DNA from: Octopus vulgaris
Lineage: Eukaryota
Reading direction: 5' to 3'
Length of the DNA stretch: 64,000 nucleotides
Assembly: GCA_951406725.2 (NCBI GenBank)
Contig: OX597826.1
Coordinates: 39,122,001-39,186,000 of the forward strand
The position numbers were made by a program, and so were the translations under genes. Of the stretch, positions 1 to 13,195 are shown piece by piece. The notes beneath the pieces are model-generated. The model was not told where the DNA came from. It saw only the letters and a list, made by a program, of their open reading frames with translations, and ran no database searches. How positions within the stretch are numbered: the stretch's first letter is position 1; each line of letters begins with the position of its first letter.

Positions 1-150
1 AGATGATGTCTGTGATGAATTATGAATAAAGTTACAATTTGTTTGATGTACAAGGAAGGAGTTTCAGATGATGTCTATGATGAATTATGAATAAAGCTAC
101 AATTTGTTTGATGAACAAGGAAGGAGTTTGAGATGATGTCTGTGATGAAC
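1..150. repeat. 65-bp tandem minisatellite (about 2.3 copies, runs off window start)
   Basis: Unit agatgatgtctgtgatgaattatgaataaag...caaggaaggagttt starts at 1, 66 and 131. Confidence 0.9.
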
Positions 151-589
151 TCTGAGAGCTTGTATTCTGCAATAGAAAACAAGAAACAGATTTCTAAAGT
201 TATATACTGTGTTACAACTTACATTGAACATACAAAATGCTTTAGATGCTTTTAGCCATCATGAACAAAACTATATTGGGACACCAACACTTTGTAGTTG
301 AGATGCTGTGTTTTATGTAGTATCAAATAGTGTGACTAAAGAATTAAGATAACATCATTACAACAAAAGAAAACTGAGAGTTTGTTCATTCACTCATTTC
401 ATTGTCCATTTGTTTCACTAGCCTTTACTTGCTTTTCAAGTAAGAGATCTCTTATTTCATACTTCATTTCTTCTTATTTCATATGTCATTTCTTCGAAAG
501 TGTAGAAGTTAATGATTTCTTGACAGAAGTAACAACATCACTCATAACTTCCAAAGTGCAAATACAAGCAAATACATACACAAACAATG

Positions 590-1086
590 GGTTTCTCTAC
601 CAAATTCAAGCTCACTCACAAAGCTTTGGTCAGCAGGAGGCTATAGTACAATATAAAGGTCCAAGATGTTATGCAGGGAAACTGAAGTGAAACCTGAAGT
701 CACACAGTTGAAAGAATTCCTTAACCGTGTGACAAGAAGTGTACTTCCCCACCTCATGGTTCTGGGTTCAGTCCCACTGCGTGGCAACTTAGGCAAGTGT
801 TCTCGGGCTGACCAAAGCCTTGTGAGTGGATTTGGTAGATGAAAACTGAAAAAAAACCCATCATATGTGTGTGTGTGTATGTGTTTGTTCTCCACCATCA
901 CTTGACATCTGGTGCTTGTATTTACGTCCCTGTAACTTAGTGGTTTAGCAAAAGAGATCAATAGAATAAGTACCAGGCTTAAAAAATGAAGTAAGTTCTG
1001 AGGTCGATTCATTTGACTAAAAATTCTTCAAGACGTACCCCAGCATGGCTGCAGTCTAATGACTGAAACAAGTAAAAAGTAAAAAA
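590..1086 (+). mobile_element. SINE family A copy (about 725-1086, +) preceded by an inverted degenerate fragment (about 590-724, -)
   Basis: ggttcagtcccactgcgtggca...aagccttgtgagtggatttggtaga...(TG)n...cagcatggctgcagtc...gactgaaacaagtaaaa; same layout as the 20220 and 33700 copies. Confidence 0.85.
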
Positions 1087-1131
1087 AGTTTAAAAAAATA
1101 CAGCCACGTCTATACTAAATAAATAACTTTT

Positions 1132-1162
<31 letters not shown>

Positions 1163-1517
1163 GCAGGCACACACTCTTTTATGAATAAAAAACAGTTTTG
1201 TTTTTGTAATGTTAAAACTATGACTAATTTCATTGACACACTCACATACACACACAGGTTGCAGTAGTTTGCTAGTATAACAGATATGATTGGTGGGCTA
1301 GTAAGGGGGCTAGTACTGGCGGCAGCAGCAGCAGCAGTAGCACAGCAATAGTACAAGTGTTATAGTAGTAGTAGTAGTTATAGTTAGTGGTATGTGTTGG
1401 GTGTATGAACTAATAATAGGTATGGTAGTATACAGACTGAAAGAAAAAGATGTATGTGTGTTTATTAAATACATACATATACATATATAAAGAGGAAGAG
1501 AGAGGGGGAGAGCTGAT

Positions 1518-1563
<46 letters not shown>

Positions 1564-1907
1564 CTGTGTGTGTGTGTGTGTGTGACTGTGTGTATGCAAG
1601 TGTCTTAATTTAGCTTCAGGCTACAACAGGTTGTAATAGTGTAGTTGTTGGGACATGAGTGCATTCATGTATAAATGTTGAGAGTATTGAGTATTTGAGG
1701 AAGAGGATAGAACATCTGTGACCTTTGTACGACCTGATCACCTCCTGCTTAAACTATTGAGAGGGTAGTAGGGTAGGGGAGATGGGTAGAAGATACTGAG
1801 AAAGGAAAGTGTCTACTGAGCCAGTGGTTGTTATATACTGATATTGTCTAGCCCTATGTCAGCCCTGATTGAATAGACATATGATCAAAGCATTCCAGTG
1901 GTAATCA

Positions 1908-2142
1908 TACCTATTTCTTTACTACCCACAAGGAGCTAAACACAGAAGGGACAAATAAGGACAGACAAACGGATTAAGTCGATTACATTGACCCCAGTGC
2001 GTAACTGGTACTTAATTTATCAACCCCGAAAGGATGAAAGGCAAAGTCGACCTCGGTGGAATTTGAACTCTGAACGTAGGGACGGACGAAATACTGCTGA
2101 GCATTTCACCCGGCGTGCTAACGATTCTGCCAGCTCGCCGCC
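1908..2142 (-). mobile_element. SINE family B (tRNA-derived head; central gcctttcatcctttcggggtcgataaa domain)
   Basis: Reverse complement of the 2603 and 34701 copies. It splits an older unclassified repeat (about 1845-2285). Confidence 0.85.
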
Positions 2143-2602
2143 TTTCCATTGTCTTCCTAAGACAAATGCAGCCAGAACTACAATGACCAATGAATCCTCC
2201 TTTTAAGAAGGAATGGTGTGATATGAGGAAGATTTGGCTGCTATTTCTAGCAGGTAATGTGATTCTAGAGGCTCCTACATTGGTTCAAGGTTGACAATAA
2301 ATAGATTATTAATGCATAGAAAGAAACAATACGGTAAACATGGTTAAATCCCAAGATTCAGTCAAGAATATCATACCATATGTCAACAAGAGTTGATCAA
2401 ATGTGGGCCAGAGAGAACATGACTCTTCATAAGTAATCATAGAGGAAACTTTCAATTCAAAAGATGAAAAAAAAAAAGGGAAAATAGATAAAATCTGTAA
2501 GTAGGAAACTTAGCCAGGAACCTCAGATGACATATCGTGATAGAGGACAACCATGTAATTTTCATGGAATTCATCAAGGACCTTTGACCATTGTATGGTA
2601 TC

Positions 2603-2834
2603 GGCGAGCTGGCAGAATCGTTAGCACGCCGGGTGAGATGCTTAGCGGTATTTCGTCTGCTGCTACGTTCTGAGTTCAAATTCCGCCGAGGCCAACTTTG
2701 CCTTTCATTCTTTCGGGGTCGATAAAATAAGTACCAGTTACGCACTGGGGTCGATATAATCAACTTAATCCGTTTGTCTGTCTGTGTTTGTCCTCTCTGT
2801 GTTTAGCCCCTTGTGGGTAGTAAAGAAATTGGTA
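2603..2834 (+). mobile_element. SINE family B
   Basis: A box tggcagaatcg, B box gagttcaaattcc, tail tagccccttgtgggtagtaaagaaat. Confidence 0.85.
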
Positions 2835-4086
2835 AAGAGTGCTAGACTACAGTGTGACAAACATTATTTAGCCACTATGTGGTGTATAGTACTTGACCAA
2901 TACTTGACCAGTACTTGACCAAAGCATCATGTACTGACCCACATGTGACATTTGACTACTAATACTACACCATCACTACAAAACAACAACCACCAATACT
3001 CTTAACACGTGTATTTGCTGAATGGAAAGCTTTTAGGATGACAAATCTTTTTTGTTAGCTGTTTCCCTCTCTTCTCTTCTTGATACTATCACTTTTTTCT
3101 ATCTCCTAGTGGTGGTGATGGTGGTGGACATAGTGATGGAGGAAGTGGAAAACGAAATGGATAGAAAATGTAGAAGTAGAGAGATACAGAGAAAGGTGGG
3201 GGGGGGGAGAACCTGCAGCCACCTCTTTTTGCTAGAGAAATATATAAAGACAAACAAGTATTATGTTGTCTTACTCCCACTTACATCCACTCCCTACATA
3301 TCCCTCCCAGCCACATGCATTGAATCACATAACCAGAGCACCATCATCTGCCAACAACAGCAACAGCAGCAATAAAAAGGTGGTGGTAGCAGTGGAAGGT
3401 GGGAGAGTTCTGCCTCCTGAATGAGACAAGCAAGAATTCAGTTTTTATTCATTCATCGAAAGGAAGGAAGGAGAGGTTAGCTACAAGAGGAGAGGGTGAG
3501 ACTGAGAAAGGAAGAGGATGCCTGGGACTGAAGGCTTTAACAATGTAAATAAACTATGACCATCACTCCAAACAATTAGTGAAATCCAGCTGGCCAGTTT
3601 AACACCACTGATTGTTAGTTGCCTTTAGCAGAGTTCACTCTGTTGCAAGGCTCCAGTTTGAGGATACCTTCCTCCAACCCTCACTTAATTTATGATTTGT
3701 AGGCACATGGTATTTTGTTATGCAATCATAATATGCTACAAGGTATATTAAACGTTTTTATCAGTGCTGGCTATAATTCCTACATAAAATCTGTAGAGAT
3801 GACCATAACACCACAATTCCACCAGTCTTGGAAACCCTAGAAAGGTGTTTAAGCACTGCTTTTCCTCTGAACTAAAAGATAATAAAAAAGTGAAACAAAG
3901 ATTTTTATATGGAGGTGGGTGTTGGGGTGATAACACTTCAGTACCTTAAGTAAAAAAAGACGCATTGGATTAAGTAATCTAAGAGACACTAAGCCTAAAT
4001 AAAAGACTAGATGATCATTGCTGGAAACTTTTGATCATAAATTATTTGATCAGGATCGAACAGGATTTAAACAAAAATTAACTTAA

Positions 4087-4305
4087 CCCTTTAGCATTCA
4101 GTTAATCTGCCAAATGTAAAGCCTGTTTAATTACATTATTTTAAACTAATTGTACAGCATCTTGTAACTCTGGGATATTGATGATGTCCCTGTTTATTTT
4201 TAGAATGACTTTGTAGGGTAGGTGTGAGAGGTCAGAGCTGGCTGGTTTGAGAATAAAACAGGAAGACAATTTTGGCCTGATATGGCCGGTTTAAACACTA
4301 ATGGG
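4087..4305. mobile_element. piggyBac-type MITE
   Basis: TTAA at 4083-4086 and 4306-4309; termini CCCTTTAGCATT / AACACTAATGGG form an imperfect TIR. Confidence 0.6.
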
Positions 4306-4552
4306 TTAAAGAACCATTTCCATCTAATGCCAGAGCGGAAACAAGTGTAATTATCCATTAAAGAAACATGATTAAAAAACACACAAAAAACACCCCCAAA
4401 ACAACAACAACTACTACTGCTACTGCTGCTGAAATGGTATTTGGTATTTGTTGAAGTCCTTATTGTTCTGAGGCCAACTTTGTTTCTCATCCTTACAGGG
4501 TCAATAAACTAATGTACCAATTAAATATTGTGTCAAGCTCCACTGACTGCTT

Positions 4553-7455
4553 TGACATGGTTTTTACAGTTGGATGCCCTTACTAATGCCAAACACTTTA
4601 TGTGGCATGAGCACCAGAGAGGTTACCATGTAACTTGCGAGACAGGATACTTCAACTGAATGAGGAGGAGTATTGAAGGAAGTAGCTTTGTGCCAGATGA
4701 TGATAGGTTAAAGTATGTTAGAGGGACAGAAATAGGTGTCTTGGAGACTAACTAGTTGAGTTGGAAAAAGGTGAAGCGGGGGAATGAAAGAGAGAAGAGA
4801 TGTAAGGAGGGAGAGATAGATAGAGAGAGAGAGAGAGGGAGGACACTTAAGAAGATGTGTCAGGGCACATCAAGTAACAGGAAGTGTTAAATAATAGTAG
4901 ATGATTAGATAGGGTGAGAGGGCAGCTAAGTTCCCAAGAGTGCAAAAGATAAGTGGGAGAGTAGGGAGGGGAATGCAGAGCATGGTGAACATGAGTGGAA
5001 GGAGGGACTATTAAGAAGGTGAGTTGTAAGGAAGAGATTTGTTAGGGACAGATTGTGTGTAGTACAGGAGGCATAGACATAAACAATGAACCTCATTTTT
5101 ACTTAGCTGGACAGGTCATCTTGGGCACTGAAAATTATCTATCATCTCAGTCTTTTGTCATCTCCTCAGTGAGGCTGAAATAACTGAAGGTCATTTCTCA
5201 CCACTTCATCACATATCTTACTGGACTTCCTCTTCCATGGATTCCATCCATATTTAGCGATCAGCACTTCTTTATACAGCTGTCCTCATCCATCTGCATA
5301 TATGACCACACCAGCAGAGTCATCGGATCTTTTCCTTTTGACCGGCACTTTTCAACACAATTTCTAGTTAACTAAACACTTTTAAACTTTGTGTACTGGT
5401 AGAATGTATCAAAATAAAACATTTTTTCCTCTTGGCTTTCTTGAGAAAATTGTAATTTGCAAGTTTAACGTAGTTTAATTTTTCGAATTTTAACCAATCC
5501 TATGCCCTCTATTTACCTAAAATCATTTGCTGCGTCTAAAACTGAGACAACATCCTGTCACTAACCGTAACCCTCACCCTAACCCTAAATTTTAGCCTTT
5601 CGTTTTTTTTTCTTCTTAATTATTAAATTAATTTAATTGTTACGCGTGTCTAAAATTATTCATTTTGTTTTTGTTTTAAGGTTTTGCTTTTGTTTTTAAC
5701 CTTTCGTTTTTTTTTTCTTAATTGTTATCCTTAAATTAATTTAACAATTAAGAAAAAAAAACGAAAGGCTAAAATTTAGGGTTAGGGTGAGGATTAGGGT
5801 TAGTGACAGGATGTTGTCTGTTTTAGATGCAGCAAATGATTTTAGCTAAATAGAGGGCATAGGATTGGTTAAAATTTGAAAAATTAAACTACGTTAAACT
5901 TGCAAATTACAATTTTCTCAAGAAAGCTAAGAGAAAAAAATGTTTTATTTTGACACATTCTACCAGTATACGAAGTTTAAAAGTGTTTAGTTAACTAGAA
6001 ATTGTGTTGAAAAGTGCCGTCTGCATACATGACCACACCAGCAGAGTCATCTCTCTTGCACACTACATATGATGTCTATTATGCTCAATTTTTCTCTCAA
6101 CACATTCACATTTTGTTATACATGTATACTGACATTGCACATCCAGTGGAGGATGCCATCTCCATTTCTTTCAAACCTTTACATGTCCTCTACATTTACA
6201 ACACATATCTCACGACCATGTTTGTACACAGGTATCATACAATCTGCCTTTCACTCTGAGGGAGAGGCCCTTTGTTATTAAAAAAGTGACAGCTCTCTGA
6301 ACTTTGCCCAGCAAGTTCATATTTCAGAGCATCCACCTCCACTTGCTAATCTGGTCACCTAGGTAACAAAAACCGTTTACTACTTCTAAGGATCTTTCTG
6401 GGCATTGGAGGAAATCTGTTTCTTGTGTGTTCTTAGTTTTATTGTTTCTGACTATTTGTTCACACACAAAGACTACTTTCTCTGTTACCCTTCTGTGATT
6501 CCATCACACATCTTATGTGTCCATAGCTTGCACAGGGTACACTGTATAGAATTTCTACCAACACCTTTTCTACATATTGAGCAGAGCCATTTCTGTGAAG
6601 GAATTAGTAATTTATCTGCTTTCTTGCTTGCTAGATCTTTGGTCTTTGTTAAGTCTTTCATCTACGGTCCTTTGATTCTAGGCTTTGCCTCTACATTTGA
6701 ACTTTCTTCTCTAATTCTATTACAAATTCAGCTATAAGAACAAGGTCATCAGCATAGAGGAGCTCCTATAAGCAACCAGTCTACCAATCTTAAACTCCTC
6801 TGTTATAGACTGGAGGACTGTGATAAATAAGATGGGGCTGAGAACTGAGCCTTGGTGAACTACCTGCATGCTGAATTCCTGTACCCCTAGCTTTTGCAGT
6901 GATCACCAGGTGAGAAAGTGATGGACCTTAACAAATATCAAAAAAGTACAGCAGTTTATTTTGGTTAAATACTTCTCCTGCAGTTGCCTTACCAGGAAGA
7001 TAACATCAGTAGCCCTTTTTCCTGGTACAAAACCAAACTACATCTCATGAAGGTTAACTCTCTTCCTAATTATTTGAGCTATGACCCTTTCTGTAACTTC
7101 CATGATCCAATCCAACAATGCGATACCTCTGTAATTACTATCTAAGGTGTCTCCTTTAGCTTTGAAGTAGTTGACTCTGACACTGCTACATCAGTCATTG
7201 AACATAACCTCTTCCTAAATAACTACATGGGAAACTAGGCTGTACCCCATGCCATCAGATATTTTAAGCATCATCCTGGTGGTCATTCCTGATGGACCAG
7301 GAGCTTTTCCTGACTTCATGACCTTAATTGCCTTATCTATGATACTGCTGTCAACTTGGATAGCTGGTCCCTCTGTTGGGTCCATATCAGAAAGATTATC
7401 CTTCTCACAAGTATTCTCCACAAACAGCCTTTCATTGTGGCACCCTAATGCCTCT
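4553..7455 (-). mobile_element. Decayed 5'-truncated RTE-clade LINE, interrupted by a MITE
   Basis: Minus-strand DPTEGPAI...KAIK.MKSGKAPGPSG, ELLYADDL and a decayed PHD region, all homologous to the 56347 copy; 3' tail motif near 4560. Confidence 0.85.
5325..6019. mobile_element. Fold-back MITE with about 300-bp TIRs (GGATC-terminal family), right end truncated
   Basis: About 5340-5630 is the reverse complement of about 5730-6019; homologous to 21492-22259. Confidence 0.9.
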
Positions 7456-8742
7456 TATATATATACATAACATGTTTCTATACAATTTCCATCAAAGAAA
7501 TTCACACAAAAGGTATATTAGTTGGCTTGGGGCTATAGTAGAAGACATTTGCCCAAGGTGCTACACAGAGTCAATTTTTCAAAGGTTGTTTTATTCTGGA
7601 ATTCACTAGAACATTTTTGCATTATTCAATCTTCTGTTTCAAATATTGCTGTTGTTATTGTTTAACTTTGAATGAGTGGACCAAGGATTAAATGTATTCC
7701 ATCATGAACATTCATCTTTTGTTTATCAAAGATTACATAGCTCAATCTTTGTTTTCCTGTTTTAAAATTAGTTCCAATCAAATGCTAGAGTTAATCAAAT
7801 TATAGTTCTCTTCCTTGTGCCTATGAGTGTCAGACGAAATGCTTTGCAATATTTCTTCTGGCTATTTACTTTCTGAGTTCAAATCCTGCCATGGTCAACT
7901 TTGCTTTTCATCCTTTCAGGGTTGACAAAATAAAATACCAAACTAGAGCTAAAGTCAATTTAATCAACAAACATTCTCCCCTCAGACTTGCTAGCCTTGA
8001 ACATAGATACAATTATTACAATTGCTCAAGTTTCACTTGTAAAGGAAGGCAAGGGTGGAGAAGAAGGTACTGTCCTTATTGAACGGTGCCTGAAATATAA
8101 GTCTGAAGACTTGTCCTTGATGTTCAGAGAACTCTTAAATGACAAATAAAGGAAATCATCATCATTATTATTAATGTTTTGGTGTTCATGGACATGCCTA
8201 TGGAATTTGGTTTATTCCCAAGCTTTTACAGAATGAAATGTTTTCTTTTATTTTGTCAATGAAAGACATTGGAGTATTTCAGTGGCCACCCCTATTACCA
8301 TGGGTGAAAAAAACAATGTCTCTTAGACATCTTTATATTAAATCTTGCAGACATTCATTCATTTGTTTCAGCATAGTTTTTTTCTTCTGAGAGAGTGGTA
8401 AGAGATGCTAAGTACAAAAATGATAGCAGTGTACATACTTGCAAGAGCTCTGAGGAAAATTTTAAACATTGTGAAAACAAAACACAAATAAAAATAGGTA
8501 AAAATAATTACAAGAAAGCAGATGCAATTATAAACAGGGTTATTAACACTTTGAAAAAATACCCAGAAAAAATATCAATTCTACAAGTGAATACATTTGT
8601 AAACACAGACTTTCATATAGCAACACATATAAATAACATGGACAAAAAAAATTAACAATGGAGGAAGTAACTTTTCTGGCAGCACCAGCCAGAAAGAATG
8701 AGCAGGTTCTTTGAAAAAGGAGAACATGGGACTAATTCTGCC

Positions 8743-9012
8743 TCATCATCATCATTGATGTCCGTTCTCCATGCTAGCATGGGTTGGATGGTTCAACTGG
8801 GGATCTGGGAAGCCAGAAGGCTGCACCAGGCTCCAGTCTGATCTGGCAGTGTTTCTACAGCTGGATGCCCTTCCTAACGCCAACCACTCCGAGAGTGTAG
8901 TGTGTGCTTTTTACGTGCCACCAGCACAGGTGCCAGATGGGACTGGCAACGGCCACGATCGGATTGGTGCTTTTTACATGCCACCGGCACGGAAGCCAGT
9001 CAAGGCGGCGCT
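8743..9012 (-). mobile_element. RTE LINE 3'-end fragment
   Basis: (CAT)n tail followed by ccatgctagcatgggttgga...ctggatgcccttcctaacgccaaccactcc, the reverse complement of the RTE 3' end. Confidence 0.85.
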
Positions 9013-9430
9013 TAAAAGAAGAGCAAAGATGGTTCTGACGGCTCTCAAAGAACATAGAACAAACCCAGAGCTACACCACATTGTAGGTGCAGGGAGAAAG
9101 ATAACAAAGTCAGTTGTTGTTACATAAAGGCTATTTAGGGAATTTCTGCTCAGAAGAAGTAGAAAAACAGAGAAAGTGAAAAAAAGTGAACATCAACAAT
9201 CAACCAACAACAATGAGTCCTAGAGATGGCTGTTACCATGGAACAACAGAGTGCAACCTTGTAGATAATAAAAAAAAAAAAAAGATTGTTTCAGTGCCAG
9301 GAACCAAGCGGGAGGTGACAAGTGTTGTGGGATGTCTTGTCAATCCCAGGTGGCAGTTTCACAGGTATGTATGAGTGGCACTTTGTGTGTGTGTCTATGT
9401 GTGTGCGTGCATTTGTTATTTGGAATTGCA

Positions 9431-10022
9431 GTATTTGTCTTGAAATGGCATTTCATATAGATGCACAGATGTATCAGTAGCAATTGAAAAGTGTCAAGCA
9501 GCAGTGGAGGAATTGTTAGATCACAGGATTTCTGTGTATTTGCACATCATCAGTAGCAAGAATCCACTATCAATCACATGCTTTGACAAATTTCATGTCT
9601 ACTGATATAGGAAAACAATTGTAAACAAATCACTTGTGTTGCAAATAGCTGATAGGCTGGACAAAAATTCGTTATTAGTGTTAGAAATAGTATTAGATTT
9701 GAATAGCAATCTTTATATCTTGCTTAATATGGATATACTGTAAGAGAACCACAATATTGTGGTGTTTGTCTTGAGAAATTATCTCGTATAGATGTATAGT
9801 ACTAAAAAGCACAGAGAAGTAAGTGTCCAACAGCAGAAGTGGAATTATTAGATCCTGGAATTTCTATATATCTCTATCATTAATAGTAAGTATCTACTAT
9901 CAACTGCATGCTAAGACAAATTTTGTGACTACTGGTATAAGAAATAGTGATTAACAAAGTTCTGGTGTTGCAAACAGCTAGAGGGCTGGGTAAAAATTTA
10001 TTAGCAATAGATGCAGTATTAG
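9431..10022. repeat. Old tandem duplication, period about 330 bp
   Basis: 9431-9700 aligns with 9762-10022 (gtNtttgtcttga...aagtgtc...ggaattNttagatc...gtgttgcaaaNagct...agtattag). Confidence 0.7.
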
Positions 10023-10585
10023 TCTCAAATAGTTTTGACCCAACCAAAATTAGATTTGAATTTTAAGCTTGTATTCAATAATGTAGAGGGAATGGAATTA
10101 TACAGAAATGGTTTTATACCACAATATATCAACTTGACCATCAGAGGACAGAAGTGAGTTTAGCTCTACAAATAAAATCTCTAACCAGGTTAGACATCAG
10201 TTACTTTATTTGAGACACTAACACTACTTGGAAAGGCATGAATATCACAGCCTTCGGTACCCACCTCAAATTCATCTTGAAAGTGTTTCTATTTATGAAA
10301 GTATTACAAGACTGGTAGGAGATGACTAGAAAATCCACTCCCACTGCTACTTAACATAACTGACTAGGCTGACTGTAACACCATGGTTAAAGAAGACTAA
10401 AAGGTGATATTAACATTAGTGTACAGAAGAATGTGGAATATTAAACACCCACTGACAGAATGTAACTTAATTTGGAGTGAGTTATAACATCTGAAGATTT
10501 AAAACTTTGGAAAGCTGGTGACCTTATAGAGGCAAAAACAAAAGGCAAACATTGTACAACAATCACTCACAGACAGATAGACAGA

Positions 10586-10599
10586 CAGAGAGAGAGAGG

Positions 10600-10682
<83 letters not shown>
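10586..10682. repeat. (GA)n microsatellite
   Basis: Seen directly. Confidence 0.95.
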
Positions 10683-11374
10683 CTTTTTTAATGGACTGCA
10701 GCCATGATGGGGTACCTCTCTCGATAATTTTAGTCTGCTGATGTTATAGAGAGAGATACTCTCTATCAGTAGTTCTCAACATGACTCCTTACCAAAAAGG
10801 AGACCAAATATAATCACTGGTACACTCTATGTGGAAAATTTTACAAAAGAAAGAAAACGTATGTTAGAATTTAAAAAAGCATCTACAGTCTAGGATTATA
10901 TTTTTTTTAAAAATGCAGTGAACCACCACACTACTATCCATCATTTGTAAAATGGCTTCTTTAAAAACAAGCAACTATGGACATGTCTGATTGATGGACC
11001 AAATGAAGAAAATAACAGGAAATGCTTTACCACAAGTTATTAGGAAGAGAATTAACTTAGATGAGATGTACTTCAGATTTTTGTCAAGATAGGGAACCAT
11101 CAAATAACTTCTTCCTTCTGAGACGACTACAGAAACAGTTCTTAGCTAAATGTAAGCCCCTAACCCTCATAGACTTTGAGATAGTGTGGTAGTTACTAAG
11201 AAAAATTGATGTAAATGAGTGGACCTGTACAAATCATGTAGTACAGATATGCTGTCAACAACAAGGTAAGAATTAGCAACAAATTTAATGAGAAATTTAC
11301 AGTGCAGGACTTTAGGGCTCATTGAAAGGTTTTGGCTTAAGCACTATTTACCTAAACACAAACACCTGGACATG

Positions 11375-13195
11375 TAACCAGGACTTCATGTAACCAAGAG
11401 TTGCCTCATTAATTCCTAACTCTTGCAAATCCCTCCACAGCATGTCCTGTGGTATGTGGTCACATGCCTTTTTAAGGTCTACAAAGTAAGCATACACCTC
11501 TTGGTAATATTCCCATGATTTCTTGAAGACCAGCCACAGTGTGAATATCTAACCAGACAGAAGCCACAATGTTCTTCAGCAAGCTTGGGTTCCATGATTT
11601 CCCTACATCTCTTTTCCAAACACCTAGTGTAGACTTTATCAGGGAAATTACTCAACAAGCAGGGCATACACCCTTGTCTCCCTTTTTGAAAATTAGAATT
11701 ATCTCTTCAGATTTCTATTGCTTTGGTATTTTTTCAGTGGTCCAAGCCACCTGGCATACATGAGGCAGCCAGAGAATACCTTCTCTATTCAAAGATTTTA
11801 ACATCTTATGTCAAATTTCATCTCCAGCAGCCTTGCTACAGTTGAATGTTTAAATCACTCTATGATTTCAACCTCTGTGAAGTTAATTTTTGCCCCTAGA
11901 TGTACCTTGTGTCTACCGGAAGATTTTATCATGGCTGGATTTAGAGATCCATAAAGTATTCTTTCCACCTGCCAAGAATGCACTTCTCTGTTGAAAGAAC
12001 CTTAGCCAAATTTTCAATGGCAGGTGTAGAAGAGGGATTCTTGATACAAAGACAGCAGCTGGCCTGCCAGACTACTTCATTAGGCAATCTAAAGTCAGAA
12101 TGTACCTAAACTCCAAAGTCATGCCATGACTCAGCTTTGGACGTTTTTACTGTCTCCTGCAACATTTCACACCTCTGTGTACAATTTGTGCATATGCTTA
12201 GGCTTGGATGGCATTTTCAATTTCTTGGTTAATCAGAAGGTTCTTTTACTACCTTGTATCACACCAATCTGATTTAAAGCCAAAGAAAAAAACTCTCAAA
12301 CAAAACAATCTCCTCCCTGTAGGTTTTGGACTGTTGGCAGGGGTCTGTATTACTTTATCTTTTCAAAATTTTTATGAACTGTTATTGTCATGTGCAGCCA
12401 TAGCAGAAGTGGTATCACAATTAGTGTGTGTAGGATTGACTGGTTGTTATATACAGACATGGTACTACTTGGTCCATCAGAAGGTGATCTGTGCCATGCA
12501 CTGAGTGAGCTCACTGCCAAGTACTGCAAGGCAAGGATAAGAATTAGTGTTGCAAAGACTGAGACATTGGTTTTCTGAAGAAAGTTTTCCCAGTGCATTC
12601 TGCATGTCAGTAGAACATACTTTGAGACAAGTGGAAAAGTATCTCAAGGCCATATTCACAAATGTTAGGAATACTGAATTAAATGCTAGAATTGCAGGCA
12701 CTGGTACAGTAATGCACCAATTTCAGTATTTGATCTTCAGAAGAGGAGAAGTTGGTAAAAAAGTCAAACTCAATTATCTTTAATTCAGTTTCTCTGCTTA
12801 TCCTCACCTATGGTAATGAATGTTGGGTAAAGACTGAAAGAGTGACATTGCGAATACAGACAGCTGAAGGTTCTTCAAAAGGATCTCTGGAGCAATGTTA
12901 CTTAACAGTTTGCATAGCTTAGAGATCAAGGAGCTTCTCCAGGTCAAACTTCTCTAGTGCTATGGACATGTGATTAGAATATCATAGGAAAGAACTGCAA
13001 GAAGGATTCTGCAAACCAAACCAACTGGCAAGAGACTTAGGAGTGGATCAAGAATGAGATGGTTGGATAATATCTATAGTCTCAGCTTGTTATGCTTGGG
13101 AATCCAGCAGGAAAAAGTTGATTGTTTCCAATAGGACCCGCCAGTACCTAAGGACTCTATTCTCATGACCCTTCCAAGAATAATGGGTAAAGATG
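11375..13195. mobile_element. Second RTE-like LINE family, decayed, with an inverted 5' part
   Basis: 11375-12290 (-) encodes the RT N-terminal part (KVYTRCLEKRCREIMEPKLAEEHCGF, YACFVDL.KA). 12390-13195 (+) encodes the later part (LLYTDMVLLG, ISVAKTE, QVEKYL, LTYG.ECW). Confidence 0.65.

Noticed and set aside
3052-3375. 107-aa ORF ending in poly-Q
   Set aside because: Non-ATG start, low complexity, no domain or splice support.
8395-10500. Possible ancient LINE ORF1/endonuclease
   Set aside because: Too degenerate to identify motifs by eye.
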